Source of the DNA: Cyanobacteria bacterium P01_D01_bin.156
GTDB taxonomy: Bacteria; Cyanobacteriota; Cyanobacteriia; Phormidesmidales; Phormidesmidaceae
Reading direction: 5' to 3'
Assembly (NCBI GenBank): GCA_039024555.1
Contig: JBCCQQ010000009.1
Location: 32,001-96,000, forward strand
DNA: 64,000 bases
Shown: positions 1 through 11,416 of the stretch, one piece after another
Layout of the letters: each line of letters opens with the position of its first letter
Position numbering within the stretch: position 1 is the stretch's first letter
Notes under the pieces: model-generated
What the model saw: only the letters and a program-made list of their open reading frames with translations
What the model was told of the DNA's origin: nothing
Databases searched by the model: none
Translations under genes and position numbers: made by a program

Positions 1-590
1 GCTTTTTTGGGAAGTGCATGTACTTGTTCAGAGTGCAAAATCTAACAATCTGCAACAGGCTAGTGAGAGATCTCTAAAATTTGAAGAAGGGCCGTTAGTC
101 TAACTGGCTGTAAGTAAAGTAGACGTAACCAATGGCTGTGCAAGGATAAAGTCCTGATGATATTTGTACCTTCTTACAGTCTGCTAGCCAATGGTTGAGA
201 GTGATCTCAAATCCTTTGTGTTCAGAGACTATGGACTACTACCGACTATAGATGTATCAGAAAGATTTGCCAAAATTTGTGCCACTGAAAAACCTGGACT
301 AGTCCTGATGACGGTATTTAGGACAGTTGATATTTAGTTAGATATAGCCCTCGATGCCATCAACATCAATTAGATGCTGTTCATCAGGAATGGGTGAGCT
401 GGGTGATGTAGATCCTATAGTCATCTTGATGTAAGTCACTTGGAGTCAGACCGTCCCCCTATACGCTAAGTGTGGGTGCGTCAGTCTAGCTCCTACGATT
501 TTCATCTGACTCAAAGCAATCCCCCAGTTTTGAAGTTTGTTCCCCGCTCTATCAGCTCGGGCACACTACATCTACGAGGGCTAGACGGCC

Positions 591-1895
591 TTGACTGTTC
601 TTAAAGCTACACCGCCCATGGTTATGGATGCAACGTCTTATAAATCCACTACAGATGCTGATTTGGCAGCCCCCAGCTCTGTTGCTTTGGCTACTGCTGA
701 TCCGAATAAGGATGAGCCTAGCGACACCGATATTAAAATGCTCATTTCCAAGGATGAGGATAGTACTGTAGACAGCTTAGACGTTGAGAAGTTGGCGGTA
801 GCCCCTGGGCGACGTACTACTGATTTGGTTCGTCTTTACTTACAGGAGATTGGTCGTGTTCGCCTGTTAGAGAGAGATGAGGAGGTTGCGGAAGCCCAGT
901 TGGTGCAAAGCTACATGAAGCTTTTAGGCCAGCGTAAGGCAGCTGCCGAAGCGAACGATTCTGTTTTGGCCAGTTATGTTTTGATTCTGGAGACACGGGA
1001 TCGCATGACTGCGCAGTTGGGTCATCGTCCATCTTTGGAGCGTCTTGCTAAAGCCTGTGATATTGCTCCAATAGAGCTTAAGCCTTCTTTGCAGTCTGGC
1101 AAGCGCCGTTGGGCTGAGTTGGTTGGAATGTCCGTGCAAGCGTTAGATACGGCTTGTCATGAGGGCATTCGAGCTAAGGAACACATGATTAAAGCGAATC
1201 TGCGCTTGGTCGTGTCTGTTGCGAAAAAGTATCAGAACCGTGGGCTGGAATTACTGGATCTAATCCAGGAAGGCACTCTGGGTTTGGAACGGGCGGTTGA
1301 AAAGTTTGACCCTACGAAGGGCTATCGCTTTAGTACATATGCTTACTGGTGGATTCGTCAGGGCATTACTCGGGCGATCGCAACCCAAAGCCGCACGATA
1401 CGTTTACCAGTTCACATCACCGAAAAACTAAATAAGATCAAAAAAGCTCAGCGGAAAATTTCCCAAACTAAAGGCCGTACTGCGACAGTTGAGGATATTG
1501 CCCGGGAACTGAAAATGACGGCTCCTCAAGTGCGAGAGGTGTTGTTAAAAGTGCCTCGATCTATCTCCTTGGAAACCAAGGTTGGTAAAGAGCGAGATAC
1601 AGAACTGGGCGATTTGCTTGAAACGGATGCCCTATCTCCTGAAGAGCTAGCTGTACGAGATGCTCTGCGTCGGGATTTGCATCAACTTTTGGCAGACCTG
1701 ACTACTCGAGAACAGGAAGTGATTCGGCTGCGGTTTGGCTTAGGAGACGGTGTGCCTTATTCCTTAGCTGAGATTGGTCGTACCTTAGAACTTTCTCGTG
1801 AGCGGGTGCGGCAGATTGAGTCTAAGGCCTTGCAGAAGTTACGCCAGCCTAAGCGACGCAATCGCATCCGTGACTATCTAGAAGCGTTAAGTTAG
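591..1895 (+). CDS. sigC: Group 2 RNA polymerase sigma-70 factor (SigC-like); true start probably ATG at 618 or 624
   Basis: Region 1.2 DLVRLYLQEIGRVRLL, region 2 ANLRLVVSVAKKY...FSTYAYWWIRQGI, region 4 LSRERVRQIE; region 1.2 wording resembles cyanobacterial SigC. Confidence 0.85.
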   Translation: MTVLKATPPMVMDATSYKSTTDADLAAPSSVALATADPNKDEPSDTDIKMLISKDEDSTVDSLDVEKLAVAPGRRTTDLVRLYLQEIGRVRLLERDEEVAEAQLVQSYMKLLGQRKAAAEANDSVLASYVLILETRDRMTAQLGHRPSLERLAKACDIAPIELKPSLQSGKRRWAELVGMSVQALDTACHEGIRAKEHMIKANLRLVVSVAKKYQNRGLELLDLIQEGTLGLERAVEKFDPTKGYRFSTYAYWWIRQGITRAIATQSRTIRLPVHITEKLNKIKKAQRKISQTKGRTATVEDIARELKMTAPQVREVLLKVPRSISLETKVGKERDTELGDLLETDALSPEELAVRDALRRDLHQLLADLTTREQEVIRLRFGLGDGVPYSLAEIGRTLELSRERVRQIESKALQKLRQPKRRNRIRDYLEALS

Positions 1896-1927
1896 TGAGT
1901 CCTTTGCTTAGGATAATCAGTGCTTAG

Positions 1928-1969
1928 GCACTATGTGCGGTGAAGTTTTTTACCGCACATAGTGCTTTT
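1928..1969 (+). terminator. Intrinsic terminator after sigC
   Basis: 14-bp perfect stem GCACTATGTGCGGT/ACCGCACATAGTGC followed by TTTT. Confidence 0.8.
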
Positions 1970-2045
1970 GTCGGTAAAAAAAGCCAGCAGGGTCAACTGC
2001 TGGCTGGACAGGAGTAATTGCTGGAACAGGAAATCGCTTTCCGCC

Positions 2046-2228
2046 CTAGCAAAGATGGTCAAAAAGAACGGCGGTAACGGATGCAAAAGCAGTTATGCCC
2101 AATCCAACGAAGGGATTTTGTCCTTGGCTAACGGCAAACGATGTAATAATGCCTGCGCCAAGAGCCGCAAGGACAAAGGAACCGAGCCAGTCTTTTTGAA
2201 CGTTATGCATAGGTTGCAGATAAGGCAT
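2046..2228 (-). CDS. Small two-helix membrane protein of unknown function (alternative start 2210)
   Basis: Two hydrophobic segments joined by an SQGQNP loop; fills the sigC-trpF gap. Confidence 0.6.
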   Translation of the reverse strand: MPYLQPMHNVQKDWLGSFVLAALGAGIITSFAVSQGQNPFVGLGITAFASVTAVLFDHLC

Positions 2229-2341
2229 GAGAGCGTAAACGACTAGGGCTAAATTATCATCAGCGAACGAGCCCTATGAAGCTAAACGTACATTCCGTAA
2301 TTAAGATTCAAGCTCAGAGATGTTTTGTTACAAAGCACTGA

Positions 2342-2968
2342 CTAGTTCCTATTGAGTGTGTTGAGTAGCTGAGCTACTTTTGCTAAGTTTTTGTTGCCAG
2401 GAGCATTTTCTACGCTACTGGATAGATCAATGCCATTGGGCGAAAGTATTGAGAGAGCATGACGAATATTACTTGGGCTTAACCCGCCAGCTAAAAACCA
2501 CGGACGTTGTGGACGAAATGTTGCCAGGGAGTCCCAATCCAGTGTTCGGCCTGTACCACCCAACTGTTCGGGGTGATAGGCATCTAAAAGAAACGTGTCC
2601 ACATGGGGAGTGTAGTGTTGCAGTGATGCTAAGTCATCTAGGCTCCGGACTCGTAAGGCTTTAATAAGTTCTACGTTAGGTAAGTTAGAGCGAATCTCTG
2701 CACACTCTGCTGGGGACTCTTGCCCGTGGAGTTGCACCCCAGTCAGGCGACCAATTTTGACTGTGTATTGAATGCTTTCTAGCGATGCGTTTGCAAACAC
2801 GCCAAATCGATCAATGGGCGGTAGATCCTGAACAATTTGGCCAATTTCTAGGGGTGTGATGTAGCGTGGGGACTGTTTGACACAGATAAATCCTAGAACA
2901 GAAGCCCCCATATTTGAGATCGCAACCGCCTGATCAGATCGAGTGAGGCCACAAATTTTAATACGCAT
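2342..2968 (-). CDS. trpF: Phosphoribosylanthranilate isomerase
   Basis: MRIKICGLT start, VQLHG, LLDAY...GGTG, LAGGL, DLSSSVE motifs. Confidence 0.95.
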   Translation of the reverse strand: MRIKICGLTRSDQAVAISNMGASVLGFICVKQSPRYITPLEIGQIVQDLPPIDRFGVFANASLESIQYTVKIGRLTGVQLHGQESPAECAEIRSNLPNVELIKALRVRSLDDLASLQHYTPHVDTFLLDAYHPEQLGGTGRTLDWDSLATFRPQRPWFLAGGLSPSNIRHALSILSPNGIDLSSSVENAPGNKNLAKVAQLLNTLNRN

Positions 2969-3180
2969 TCGGAAATAAAGATTCGGGAATCTAGTAACGC
3001 CATCCATAACCCTCATTATTACAATGAAGGCAGTTCCAACAGTTAGGCAGCCTGTAAGTCCTTTGCTCGATTTAGATTTTTTTGCAAAAAAATTGTTGAG
3101 CTGGATGTGGGTACGGTTTAGTAGGACTATTTTAATAATCTATTTCCTAGGATCTCTAGGCGTTTCAAAGGTATATCACC

Positions 3181-4377
3181 ATGCAATCTGGTTGGCGCGT
3201 CGGCGTAATTTTTGGCATCCCACTTTTTGTTGATACATCGTGGTTTTTTATCGTCCTGCTGATGACGTTTGCTTATGGCAGCGATCTTTTGGGCGATGGC
3301 TTTCCATTTCTGATAGCGGCAGTGGTGGGACTGGGAATGGCATTGCTGTTATTTGGTTCCGTGTTGCTCCATGAGTTGGGGCATAGTTTGGTTGCTAAAC
3401 GTCAAGGTATTCAGGTGAATTCAATTACCCTATTTTTGTTTGGCGGGATTGCGTCTATTGATAAGGAATCAAAAACGCCCGGACAAGCGTTCCAAGTTGC
3501 GATCGCAGGTCCTTTAGTTAGTTTTTTCCTATTTTTATTACTTTCAGTCGTTGCTCAAACTCAATCCGAGCAGACTATTGCCGCCCTAATGATTGGTAGA
3601 ATTGCCGATATTAACTTGGTGCTGACGCTCTTTAATCTAATTCCAGGATTGCCCTTAGATGGTGGGCAGATATTGAAATCAGCAGTCTGGAAACTGACGG
3701 GTAGTCGTGTTCAAGGTGTGCGTTGGGCCGCTAGAGTTGGACAACTACTCGGCTGGACCGCAATTACTATCGGCATTTATACTTATCTCACCACGCAACA
3801 ATTTCAATTTCTGTGGTTGTCTCTATTGGGCTGGTTTGCAGTACGTAATGCGGGTGCATACAATCGTGTCAGCGATCTCCAGGACGCCATTGCCAGCCTA
3901 AAGGCTAAGGATGCCAGTGTCCGTGAGTTTAAGGTTGTTGATGCAACGATTACTCTTAGGTCTTTTGCCGATAATCAACTACTACATGAGGGGAAACCCG
4001 GTGTTTGTTTTGCGGCTTCTAATGGTCGCTATCGAGGCCTGATTTCTTTGGATGACCTACGGCAAGTAGAGCGGAGTCGGTGGGAAAGTATGACTTTGGC
4101 AGACATTGCCCATCCTTTACTAGATCTGCCCTATGTCCGTGAAGAGACGCCGTTATCAAAGGTTATTACTGATTTAGAGGAAAATGAACTGGGTAGAATT
4201 ACGGTTTTATCCCCTGCGGATGCAGTCGCTGGCATCATCGATCGTGGAGATGTAGTAAGAGCCTTAGCAAAACGGCTAAACTTTCCGATTTCTGAGGCAA
4301 TTATTGATCGGATTAAAGAAGAAGGTGCCTATCCATCAGGGCTTCAATTAGCTGCAATTGCGCGTAATACTGAGTAG
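3181..4377 (+). CDS. Site-2 protease (M50 family) with C-terminal CBS domains
   Basis: HELGH zinc motif, FNLIPGLPLDGG motif, several TM helices, CBS-like C-terminus. Confidence 0.92.
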   Translation: MQSGWRVGVIFGIPLFVDTSWFFIVLLMTFAYGSDLLGDGFPFLIAAVVGLGMALLLFGSVLLHELGHSLVAKRQGIQVNSITLFLFGGIASIDKESKTPGQAFQVAIAGPLVSFFLFLLLSVVAQTQSEQTIAALMIGRIADINLVLTLFNLIPGLPLDGGQILKSAVWKLTGSRVQGVRWAARVGQLLGWTAITIGIYTYLTTQQFQFLWLSLLGWFAVRNAGAYNRVSDLQDAIASLKAKDASVREFKVVDATITLRSFADNQLLHEGKPGVCFAASNGRYRGLISLDDLRQVERSRWESMTLADIAHPLLDLPYVREETPLSKVITDLEENELGRITVLSPADAVAGIIDRGDVVRALAKRLNFPISEAIIDRIKEEGAYPSGLQLAAIARNTE

Positions 4378-4688
4378 TTCTGTATAGATTTCCGCTTAGC
4401 TCTCTTACCGTTGCTACAAAACGTTTGCCACACGACTGCGAGAACGTGTGTAGTCTTTGCTTCTAAAGTTAGTCTAAAGTAGATTTTTTAGGCAATTTGT
4501 AGCACTCGGATTCAATAGTCTTTGCATCATTTTCCGCAATAGGTGTATGTAAATAAGCCACCTCAGTTCTTTAAGGCTATTTGCTCAACTTCCGTGATTT
4601 GTCCATTGGTTGAAAATCACTGTGGCAATTAAGGTATTGTCATACTCTTAATGACGCAGGTAAACATGACTTATGGTCTTGTGAATCC

Positions 4689-5870
4689 TTGCTCACAGGC
4701 TTTATGCAGCATTGGTTACGTAAATCTGGTTGGCGACTACTACCAGGGATATTAGCGGTAGGGTTAACTCTCGGACTTGCCCGTGCAGGCATTTTTCAAC
4801 CTTTTGAACACGGTGTTTATCGACTGTTATTCCGTCTTAGAGGTGAGCAACCCTGGGATGAGCAAGTAGCGGTTATTGAAATTGATGAGGCTAGTTTGGA
4901 GAAAATTGGTCCTTTCCCATGGCCACGTTCCTATTACACCGATCTCTTGCAACAGTTAACGCCTGCTAGACCCAGTGTTATTGCGTTTGATATTTTGTTT
5001 GCTGGGCCTAGTGACGATGATACGGATTTAGCTAGAGCTATGGCTAACCATGGCAATGTTGTTTTAGCGACAGCTTGGGATGGACTAGGGGCTGTCATTG
5101 GCCCTAATGCTGATGTGATGAAAGGTGCGATCGCAACTGGGCATATTCATCATCAAGCGGATCCGGATGGTATTACCCGTTTTTATCAAGCTAAAGTCAA
5201 TGGCACTATGGCTTTGAGTATTCAGGCTGTGGAACACCATTCTCAAAAGTTTGCCTCAAATATCTCGGTACCCATTTCCAAGCAAGCTCTTTGGCTGAAT
5301 TGGAGAGGCAAGTCTCATACGGCTACTCGCTATTCTTTTAGTGACGTACTTTTAGGAAAGATTCCTGCAGAAAAATTTACTAACAAAATTATTTTCATTG
5401 GTTTTACGGGCGGTAGTTTGGATACAATGACAACTCCTTACAATCTCAACATTCCAACAGCAGGGGTTTATCAGCATATTGTTGCCGCTAATAACCTTCT
5501 CTCTCACAATCACTTAAAAAGGCCTAGGATTTCCCTTATGTCTTTCTTTTTGCTGATTGCAAGTACTATTTTTGGTTACTCTTTGTTCTCTAATTCTTTC
5601 ACTCGTCAAACTTTTAGCTGTCTATCCGTTGTTGTAATTTGGGGAGTGACAGTGGTCATTGCATTTAATAATGACTATTGGTTACCTATAGCTGCCCCTT
5701 TAGCAGCAACCGTGCTCACAGCTAATTTTGTAAAATTGTCAGAAGGTTCTCGACCGCTGAAAAAGGTCTCTCTTTCCTCAGAAATGAGAGCTGTAGGGCA
5801 TACGCTGCCTCTAGCAATAACCCCTTCATTAGGGAATGCATCATCAACCAGCAAGCGATATCAGCTTTGA
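4689..5870 (+). CDS. CHASE2-domain membrane sensor with no recognisable output domain (likely start ATG 4704)
   Basis: IDEASL...WPR, IAFDILF, D-x-DGITR, KIIFIG, TPY..GVYQH CHASE2 motifs; three C-terminal TM helices and a ~45-aa tail. Confidence 0.8.
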   Translation: MLTGFMQHWLRKSGWRLLPGILAVGLTLGLARAGIFQPFEHGVYRLLFRLRGEQPWDEQVAVIEIDEASLEKIGPFPWPRSYYTDLLQQLTPARPSVIAFDILFAGPSDDDTDLARAMANHGNVVLATAWDGLGAVIGPNADVMKGAIATGHIHHQADPDGITRFYQAKVNGTMALSIQAVEHHSQKFASNISVPISKQALWLNWRGKSHTATRYSFSDVLLGKIPAEKFTNKIIFIGFTGGSLDTMTTPYNLNIPTAGVYQHIVAANNLLSHNHLKRPRISLMSFFLLIASTIFGYSLFSNSFTRQTFSCLSVVVIWGVTVVIAFNNDYWLPIAAPLAATVLTANFVKLSEGSRPLKKVSLSSEMRAVGHTLPLAITPSLGNASSTSKRYQL

Positions 5871-5932
5871 AAATTTCTCTGATGAGAGGAAGACTTTTTA
5901 TCCGACTTACTGTTTTGCAATGATTGTTGATC

Positions 5933-6652
5933 CTATCGAGTTATCCAGCGTATAGCTTGTGCTTTTTCCTGAGGTAACAGCGGTTGAATACTAAGTTTGA
6001 TTCCGAAAATCTTTTGTGCAGCCTTTACGAGAGCTTGAATGATGTCAGCCTGTTCAATTCTCGCTAATGCTACGGGAGATATTAACTCGGTGCCAAAGAC
6101 TTTTTTATGCAAAGCAGGGTTAGGATTGAGACGCATAGAACCATGTTGTAAAAGACCACCATTACGATATAGTTGTGCGCTGCCGATGACTTTATAACCA
6201 CTATTTGTAACTAAATCAGCGACTGTCGAGGACCCAAAACAGTTAGTAGAACGCTCATAACGACGCTCCGTTCCTAATTGCAGCTCAATACCTAAAGACT
6301 GCCAGCCATCTATCAAAAAGCTGCACAAATATCTGTAAATATCTCGTCGTCGTCCACGACAGCTCGACATAATTAAGCTGTAAGTTAAATCCCCTTGGTG
6401 TAAGACTGCCCGTCCACCACTTGGACGCCTTACCAAGTCAACTTTTTGGCTCTTCCACCAAAGATCATGCCAATACTCTGGATGGTGACGCTGATGATAC
6501 CCTAAAGAAATGGCTATGGGTTCCCAGGTATAAAACCTCAGGCATGGCAACTCTTTTCCACAACAATGTTGTTCTAAGAGCCACTCATCAATCGCCATCT
6601 GCTTAAAACCAGAAGCTTTAATAGGAGGAATCAGGCGCCATGTTTCTTGCAC
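5933..6652 (-). CDS. Lipoate-protein ligase/octanoyltransferase family protein (BPL/LplA/LipB fold)
   Basis: MAIDEWLL, LRFYTW, VRRPSGGRAVLH, KVIGSAQ, LQHGS motifs. Confidence 0.9.
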   Translation of the reverse strand: MQETWRLIPPIKASGFKQMAIDEWLLEQHCCGKELPCLRFYTWEPIAISLGYHQRHHPEYWHDLWWKSQKVDLVRRPSGGRAVLHQGDLTYSLIMSSCRGRRRDIYRYLCSFLIDGWQSLGIELQLGTERRYERSTNCFGSSTVADLVTNSGYKVIGSAQLYRNGGLLQHGSMRLNPNPALHKKVFGTELISPVALARIEQADIIQALVKAAQKIFGIKLSIQPLLPQEKAQAIRWITR

Positions 6653-6655
6653 AGT

Positions 6656-7138
6656 TTAAATAGCAGGATACTTTTCTATTAAGTCGTCATCTTTTTCATC
6701 TGCAAGGCTTGCCACAATAGTCATTAGTCTGGCAATTTCACCAGGATTGATATCTGCTAAAGTTCGGCTCGCTAAGATCAGTACATCTTGATTAGATATA
6801 CCAAAACAAGCTTCTAAAGTTGCGCCGCAGTTCATGGTTAGCAACTCGTGCATTAATTCCGATTGGTTAGCTACTGGTAGCTTGAGTAGAGGAGACCAAA
6901 CAGTCAGCGTATCTTCGTCATTTGTACCAGTGAGTTGTACGTAGACTGTGACACTGCCATACGCAAATTTCCATAGGTAGTTACCGTCTGCATCGTGACG
7001 AACCATGGCACTGCTTCCCTGATCTAGACTAGCGATGACGGTCTCGATAACGTCGATATGACTCGCTTGAAAGCTTTCGCTTCCAGTGCTGATAGTTTCA
7101 CCAGCAGCTTTAAAATTCAGGGAATCCATGAATTCCAA
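6656..7138 (-). CDS. YbjN-domain (CesT-like chaperone fold) protein
   Basis: WKFAYGSV and LLTMN...EACFGI pattern of cyanobacterial YbjN proteins; 3 nt from the lipoate ligase gene. Confidence 0.7.
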   Translation of the reverse strand: MEFMDSLNFKAAGETISTGSESFQASHIDVIETVIASLDQGSSAMVRHDADGNYLWKFAYGSVTVYVQLTGTNDEDTLTVWSPLLKLPVANQSELMHELLTMNCGATLEACFGISNQDVLILASRTLADINPGEIARLMTIVASLADEKDDDLIEKYPAI

Positions 7139-7427
7139 TTACTCCTAATATTTTGATATTTTGTGCTCATTCGCGTTAAAACTCGGAATGCTTGCGGTGA
7201 GGCAAAACATAATCCCATGAAGGTATCAGTCAATGAAAAACATCCTATTGATCGATACACACCCTTACTCTACCCCTACCGTTCTTAAAGGAAATAGCAG
7301 TAGACTATTCTTTAATTTTTTCCACAGTTGTTAAAGCCACGGCCTAACCAAATGTAGCTCGAACCACATGAGGTACTAAGGACCAAAAAATTATGCTATG
7401 TTTCTAACGCGCTACATCTACGATGGT

Positions 7428-8126
7428 CTAGTAGTTGGAAAAGGCTGGCTGATGACGAATCAAACTCAAAAACTCTTCTCTCGTTTTCTGATTATTTTGA
7501 AAAACACCTAGCATGGCGCTAGTGACTGTCCAGGACCCTGGTTTCTGAACACCGCGCATTGCCATACACATGTGGCTAGCTTCCATGACTACTGCGACGC
7601 CTTGAGGCTCCAGAATTTCATCAATGGCTTCTGCTACCTGCCGTGTTAAGCGCTCTTGTACCTGTAAACGGCGAGAATACATTTCGACGATACGCGCCAA
7701 CTTGCTTAGGCCTACAACTTTTTGGTTAGGAATATAGGCAACATGAGCTCTGCCCATAAAAGGAAGCATATGGTGTTCACACAGGCTGAAGAAGTTAATA
7801 TCACGTACCAATACCATTTCGTTATGGCCTTCATCAAAAATGGCATTGTTGACAATTGTCTCTAGGGATTGCGTATACCCCTGAGTCAAAAATCGCATAG
7901 CCTCTGCCACACGTTTTGGAGTTTTTAGTAACCCTTCGCGTTCAGGATCTTCTCCAAGCTCAGCCAGCATTGTGTGTACGGCTTCCATGAGCTTTGTGTT
8001 GTCAGTGGATGGCTCATTGAGCAACGCCTCATAGCTTTTAGAGGTTTCACTGTTGGGGCGTACTTTAGTATCCGATGACTTGCCATTTAACAAACCATTA
8101 GTCGAACCGTTAGTTGAAGTCACCAT
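7428..8126 (-). CDS. folE: GTP cyclohydrolase I
   Basis: [38 protein letters not shown] motifs. Confidence 0.97.
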   Translation of the reverse strand: MVTSTNGSTNGLLNGKSSDTKVRPNSETSKSYEALLNEPSTDNTKLMEAVHTMLAELGEDPEREGLLKTPKRVAEAMRFLTQGYTQSLETIVNNAIFDEGHNEMVLVRDINFFSLCEHHMLPFMGRAHVAYIPNQKVVGLSKLARIVEMYSRRLQVQERLTRQVAEAIDEILEPQGVAVVMEASHMCMAMRGVQKPGSWTVTSAMLGVFQNNQKTREEFLSLIRHQPAFSNY

Positions 8127-8231
8127 AATGTGGATAATGAAATTAAAGGTAATGATTAGATCAGCGGTGCGTCTTATTTGAGACGAATAGAGGTCAAGTA
8201 ACCTTGACCCAACAACAAAATGACTAAGGAA

Positions 8232-8960
8232 TCACAGAGTTCCTCCGCTCGGCATGATGGTTAGTTCTTCGACTACTGCTCCGGCCGGTAACAGTGCGGT
8301 TTGAAGAATTGCATTGGCGACTAAATCAGGTGTCAACATGCCAGTGCGGTCAAAGTCTGCGTGAACGGTATCGGTATCCCATAAAGGGGTATTTACAGCT
8401 CCTGGGAAGATCGTTACAACACGAATACCGTGTTCACGTTCTTCTACCGAAATGGCTTTTGATAAGGCAACCACAGCAGCTTTGCTAATGCTATATGCGC
8501 CCCATTCAGGAAATGCTTGGCGAGCTGCTATGGATGCAACATTAATAATCATGCCAGAGCTGTGCTCGCGCATGGCTGGTAAAACAGCCTGAATGCATTG
8601 GAATACACTTGTCACGTTCAGATCCAACACCTGACACCAATCATGCAAAGGCATCTCATTCAGATAACCTGTGTAACCCATGCCAGCATTATTCACCAGC
8701 ACATCAACAGGACCAAACTTCTGAATAATGTCGGCGATTTTTTCTCTAACTTGGTTTACAACCCCCAAATCTGTAGGAAAACTGACCGCATGAACTGATG
8801 AAACTGTCTCTATTTCTGTGACTAGAGCTTGTAGCTTGTCTGCTGAACGACTCACTAGTGCTACGTCAAAGCCAGCATTCGCAAACGCAAGTGCTGTAGC
8901 ACGTCCAATGCCAGTGCTGGCACCTGTAATCAACGCGCGGCGATTGGGGGCAGTGTTCAT
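8232..8960 (-). CDS. Short-chain dehydrogenase/reductase
   Basis: TGASTGIG, NNAG, YxxxK (YSISK), PGAVNT motifs. Confidence 0.93.
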   Translation of the reverse strand: MNTAPNRRALITGASTGIGRATALAFANAGFDVALVSRSADKLQALVTEIETVSSVHAVSFPTDLGVVNQVREKIADIIQKFGPVDVLVNNAGMGYTGYLNEMPLHDWCQVLDLNVTSVFQCIQAVLPAMREHSSGMIINVASIAARQAFPEWGAYSISKAAVVALSKAISVEEREHGIRVVTIFPGAVNTPLWDTDTVHADFDRTGMLTPDLVANAILQTALLPAGAVVEELTIMPSGGTL

Positions 8961-9210
8961 TCAGGGGAGAATAATGAAAAACAGGGATGGGCTTACACTT
9001 GATATTAACAAATGTTACGGGTGATATGGAGTTTTTGTGGTGAGAGAGTTTTCAAAAACTTCCTAAACCTTTAATCTACTTGTGTTTTAACGATACTAAA
9101 ACAACTCCGTTGCCTTAGGGTTTTCTCAGTTTTCCTACCAGTGTCTTAACTGTCTATCAAAAGAAAATTCTAAGAACCCGTTTAAGACAAATAAAAAAGA
9201 AGTTCAAATT

Positions 9211-10191
9211 CTAAGCAACTTCAGCAAAAACCCCAATTTGGCGAAACTTTCGGTATCGTTCTTGCCTGCGTTGTTCTGGAGACATAGTTAGTAAAGTGTT
9301 GAGATTATCCTCGAGAGCTTCTTTAAGGTTTTCAGCTGCTTGGATTGGAGCGGCATGGGCTCCACCGATGGGTTCTGTCAGTAGCTGATCCAAAATTCCC
9401 AAACCCTTCAAATCTTGGGCTGTGATTTTTAACGACTCTGCAGCCTGTGATGCACGAGATGAATCCTTCCACAAAATAGCTGCACAGGCCTCAGGACTGG
9501 CTACGGTATAAACGGAGTGCTCAAACATGAGCAATCGGTCACCTATACCAATACCTAATGCTCCACCAGATCCGCCTTCCCCGATAACAGTACAGATAAT
9601 CGGACTATCGAGACGAAACATCTCTCTCAAATTGAAAGCAATTGCTTCTCCTTGTCCCATTTCTTCAGCTTCTAAACCGGCCCAGGCTCCTGGTGTATCA
9701 ATGAAGGTGAAAATAGGCATCTTAAAACGATTTGCATGCTCCATTAAGCGCATAGCTTTACGATAACCACCAGGAGATGCCATCCCAAAGTTGCGGGCTA
9801 CATTATCCTTGGTGTCTCGCCCCTTTTGATGGCCAAGCATGACGACTGAATGACCATTAAAGCGGGCAATGCCTCCCACCAGTGCTAAATCATCTTTTCC
9901 GGAACGCCGATCGCCATGCAGTTCTATCCATTCTTCAGAAATTGCTTGAATGTAGTCCAATGTGCTGGGTCTACGAGGGTGACGAGCCACTTGAATACGC
10001 TGTGCCGGTGTAAGACTACTAAAAATTTCCTGCCTTAGTTGCTGGGCTCGCGACTCCAATTGCTGAATCTGTACAGAAACATCAACATCGTTATCCTCAG
10101 CCAATGCGCGTATTTGCAAAATACGTGATTCTAATTCAGCCAAAGGTTTTTCAAAGTCCAATAAGATTGGCCTTTTTTCTGTTGTTGCCAT
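9211..10191 (-). CDS. accA: Acetyl-CoA carboxylase carboxyltransferase alpha subunit
   Basis: [35 protein letters not shown] motifs. Confidence 0.97.
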   Translation of the reverse strand: MATTEKRPILLDFEKPLAELESRILQIRALAEDNDVDVSVQIQQLESRAQQLRQEIFSSLTPAQRIQVARHPRRPSTLDYIQAISEEWIELHGDRRSGKDDLALVGGIARFNGHSVVMLGHQKGRDTKDNVARNFGMASPGGYRKAMRLMEHANRFKMPIFTFIDTPGAWAGLEAEEMGQGEAIAFNLREMFRLDSPIICTVIGEGGSGGALGIGIGDRLLMFEHSVYTVASPEACAAILWKDSSRASQAAESLKITAQDLKGLGILDQLLTEPIGGAHAAPIQAAENLKEALEDNLNTLLTMSPEQRRQERYRKFRQIGVFAEVA

Positions 10192-10299
10192 AACGGGTTT
10201 GGGTACTCCAGCAATAATTCCACCCTATCGCAAACTGTTCCATAAGCAACACAAACACATCTTCTAACGATGTGTCTGAATCTTAGTAGGAATGGATTT

Positions 10300-11322
10300 T
10301 TAAGTTGTTAATAAAGGGCGGAAGCCATGCTTTATAGAGGCTGCGCCAATCTGCTCCATTTTTTCAAGAGTGATTTGATTTCTCCCCCAAGAGAAATTTG
10401 TATGCCATTTTTCAAATTCCAGCAGCATTGATTCAGCAAAACATGCAAACAGCTGTCGTGCTGGTACATCCATGGCAACAATGTGCATAATCCGCCAATC
10501 GATGTCGAGAGTGTGTTCTACAATACCTCCCTTGAGGACGTAGATATTCGGATGACTAAATTTACTGCCAATATTTTTGGGGTAGCCGCCATCTACCATC
10601 AAACAAGGCTTTTTAAGAGTACTCGGGTCAATATCCACTCCTTTTGGCATGCTAGCGACCCAAACAACAACGTCAGCTTTGGGTAAAGCTTCTTCTAAGC
10701 CCATGATTTGCCCCATGCCAATCTCCTCTTTGAGATTATCCAACCGCTCTCGATTACGGGCAATTAAGAGTAAATCTTTAACACCTGTATTTTGGCTTAA
10801 CCAGCGGCAGACGGCACTCCCGATATCTCCTGTAGCGCCACATATAGCTACTGTTGCCTGAGAAAGGTCGATACCATAATCGGGAGCTGCCTGCTCTACC
10901 TGTTTACAGATAATGTAAGCTGTATGCGTATTGCCGGTAGTAAACCGATGAAAATCAAGTTCCAAGTTGCGAATGCGCTTGATCTGTTCGAGTTTGAAAT
11001 TTTCAAAAACGATTGAAGAGAATCCACCTAAGGCCGTAATGTCGATGCCCAATTTTTGAGCATGGGCCATCGCATTTAAAACTTTACGAGTCGCTGCTTT
11101 TATGCGTCGCGTTGCCAGCATTTCTGGAAGAAAGCAGGACTCTATATAACGTCCTTCAATGACTTGGCCTGTGGCACTGACTACCTTAATGTCCTCTGCA
11201 ACAAAAGGAGGGGCACTGCACCAAAAATCTAAGCCCTGAGTAGCGTATTCTGTATAGCCCCAGTCACGAGTTACTGATTGGGCATGCTCTAAATTAGTTA
11301 GGTGTCCGATTAGGCCAAACAT
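10300..11322 (-). CDS. aar: Long-chain acyl-ACP reductase (aldehyde-forming)
   Basis: MFGLIGHLT start, [35 protein letters not shown]; adjacent to ado. Confidence 0.97.
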   Translation of the reverse strand: MFGLIGHLTNLEHAQSVTRDWGYTEYATQGLDFWCSAPPFVAEDIKVVSATGQVIEGRYIESCFLPEMLATRRIKAATRKVLNAMAHAQKLGIDITALGGFSSIVFENFKLEQIKRIRNLELDFHRFTTGNTHTAYIICKQVEQAAPDYGIDLSQATVAICGATGDIGSAVCRWLSQNTGVKDLLLIARNRERLDNLKEEIGMGQIMGLEEALPKADVVVWVASMPKGVDIDPSTLKKPCLMVDGGYPKNIGSKFSHPNIYVLKGGIVEHTLDIDWRIMHIVAMDVPARQLFACFAESMLLEFEKWHTNFSWGRNQITLEKMEQIGAASIKHGFRPLLTT

Positions 11323-11416
11323 TTGGGACGCTTGTATAAAAAAAGTAATCTTAGAAAATCAGACTACAACAAAACATTACAATCTTGCGGTTCATGTTTA
11401 TCATGTGGCCTGAAAT

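Noticed and set aside
150..330. CTGATGA as a hammerhead ribozyme core
   Set aside because: I could not find a correctly placed GAAA strand or the three flanking stems.
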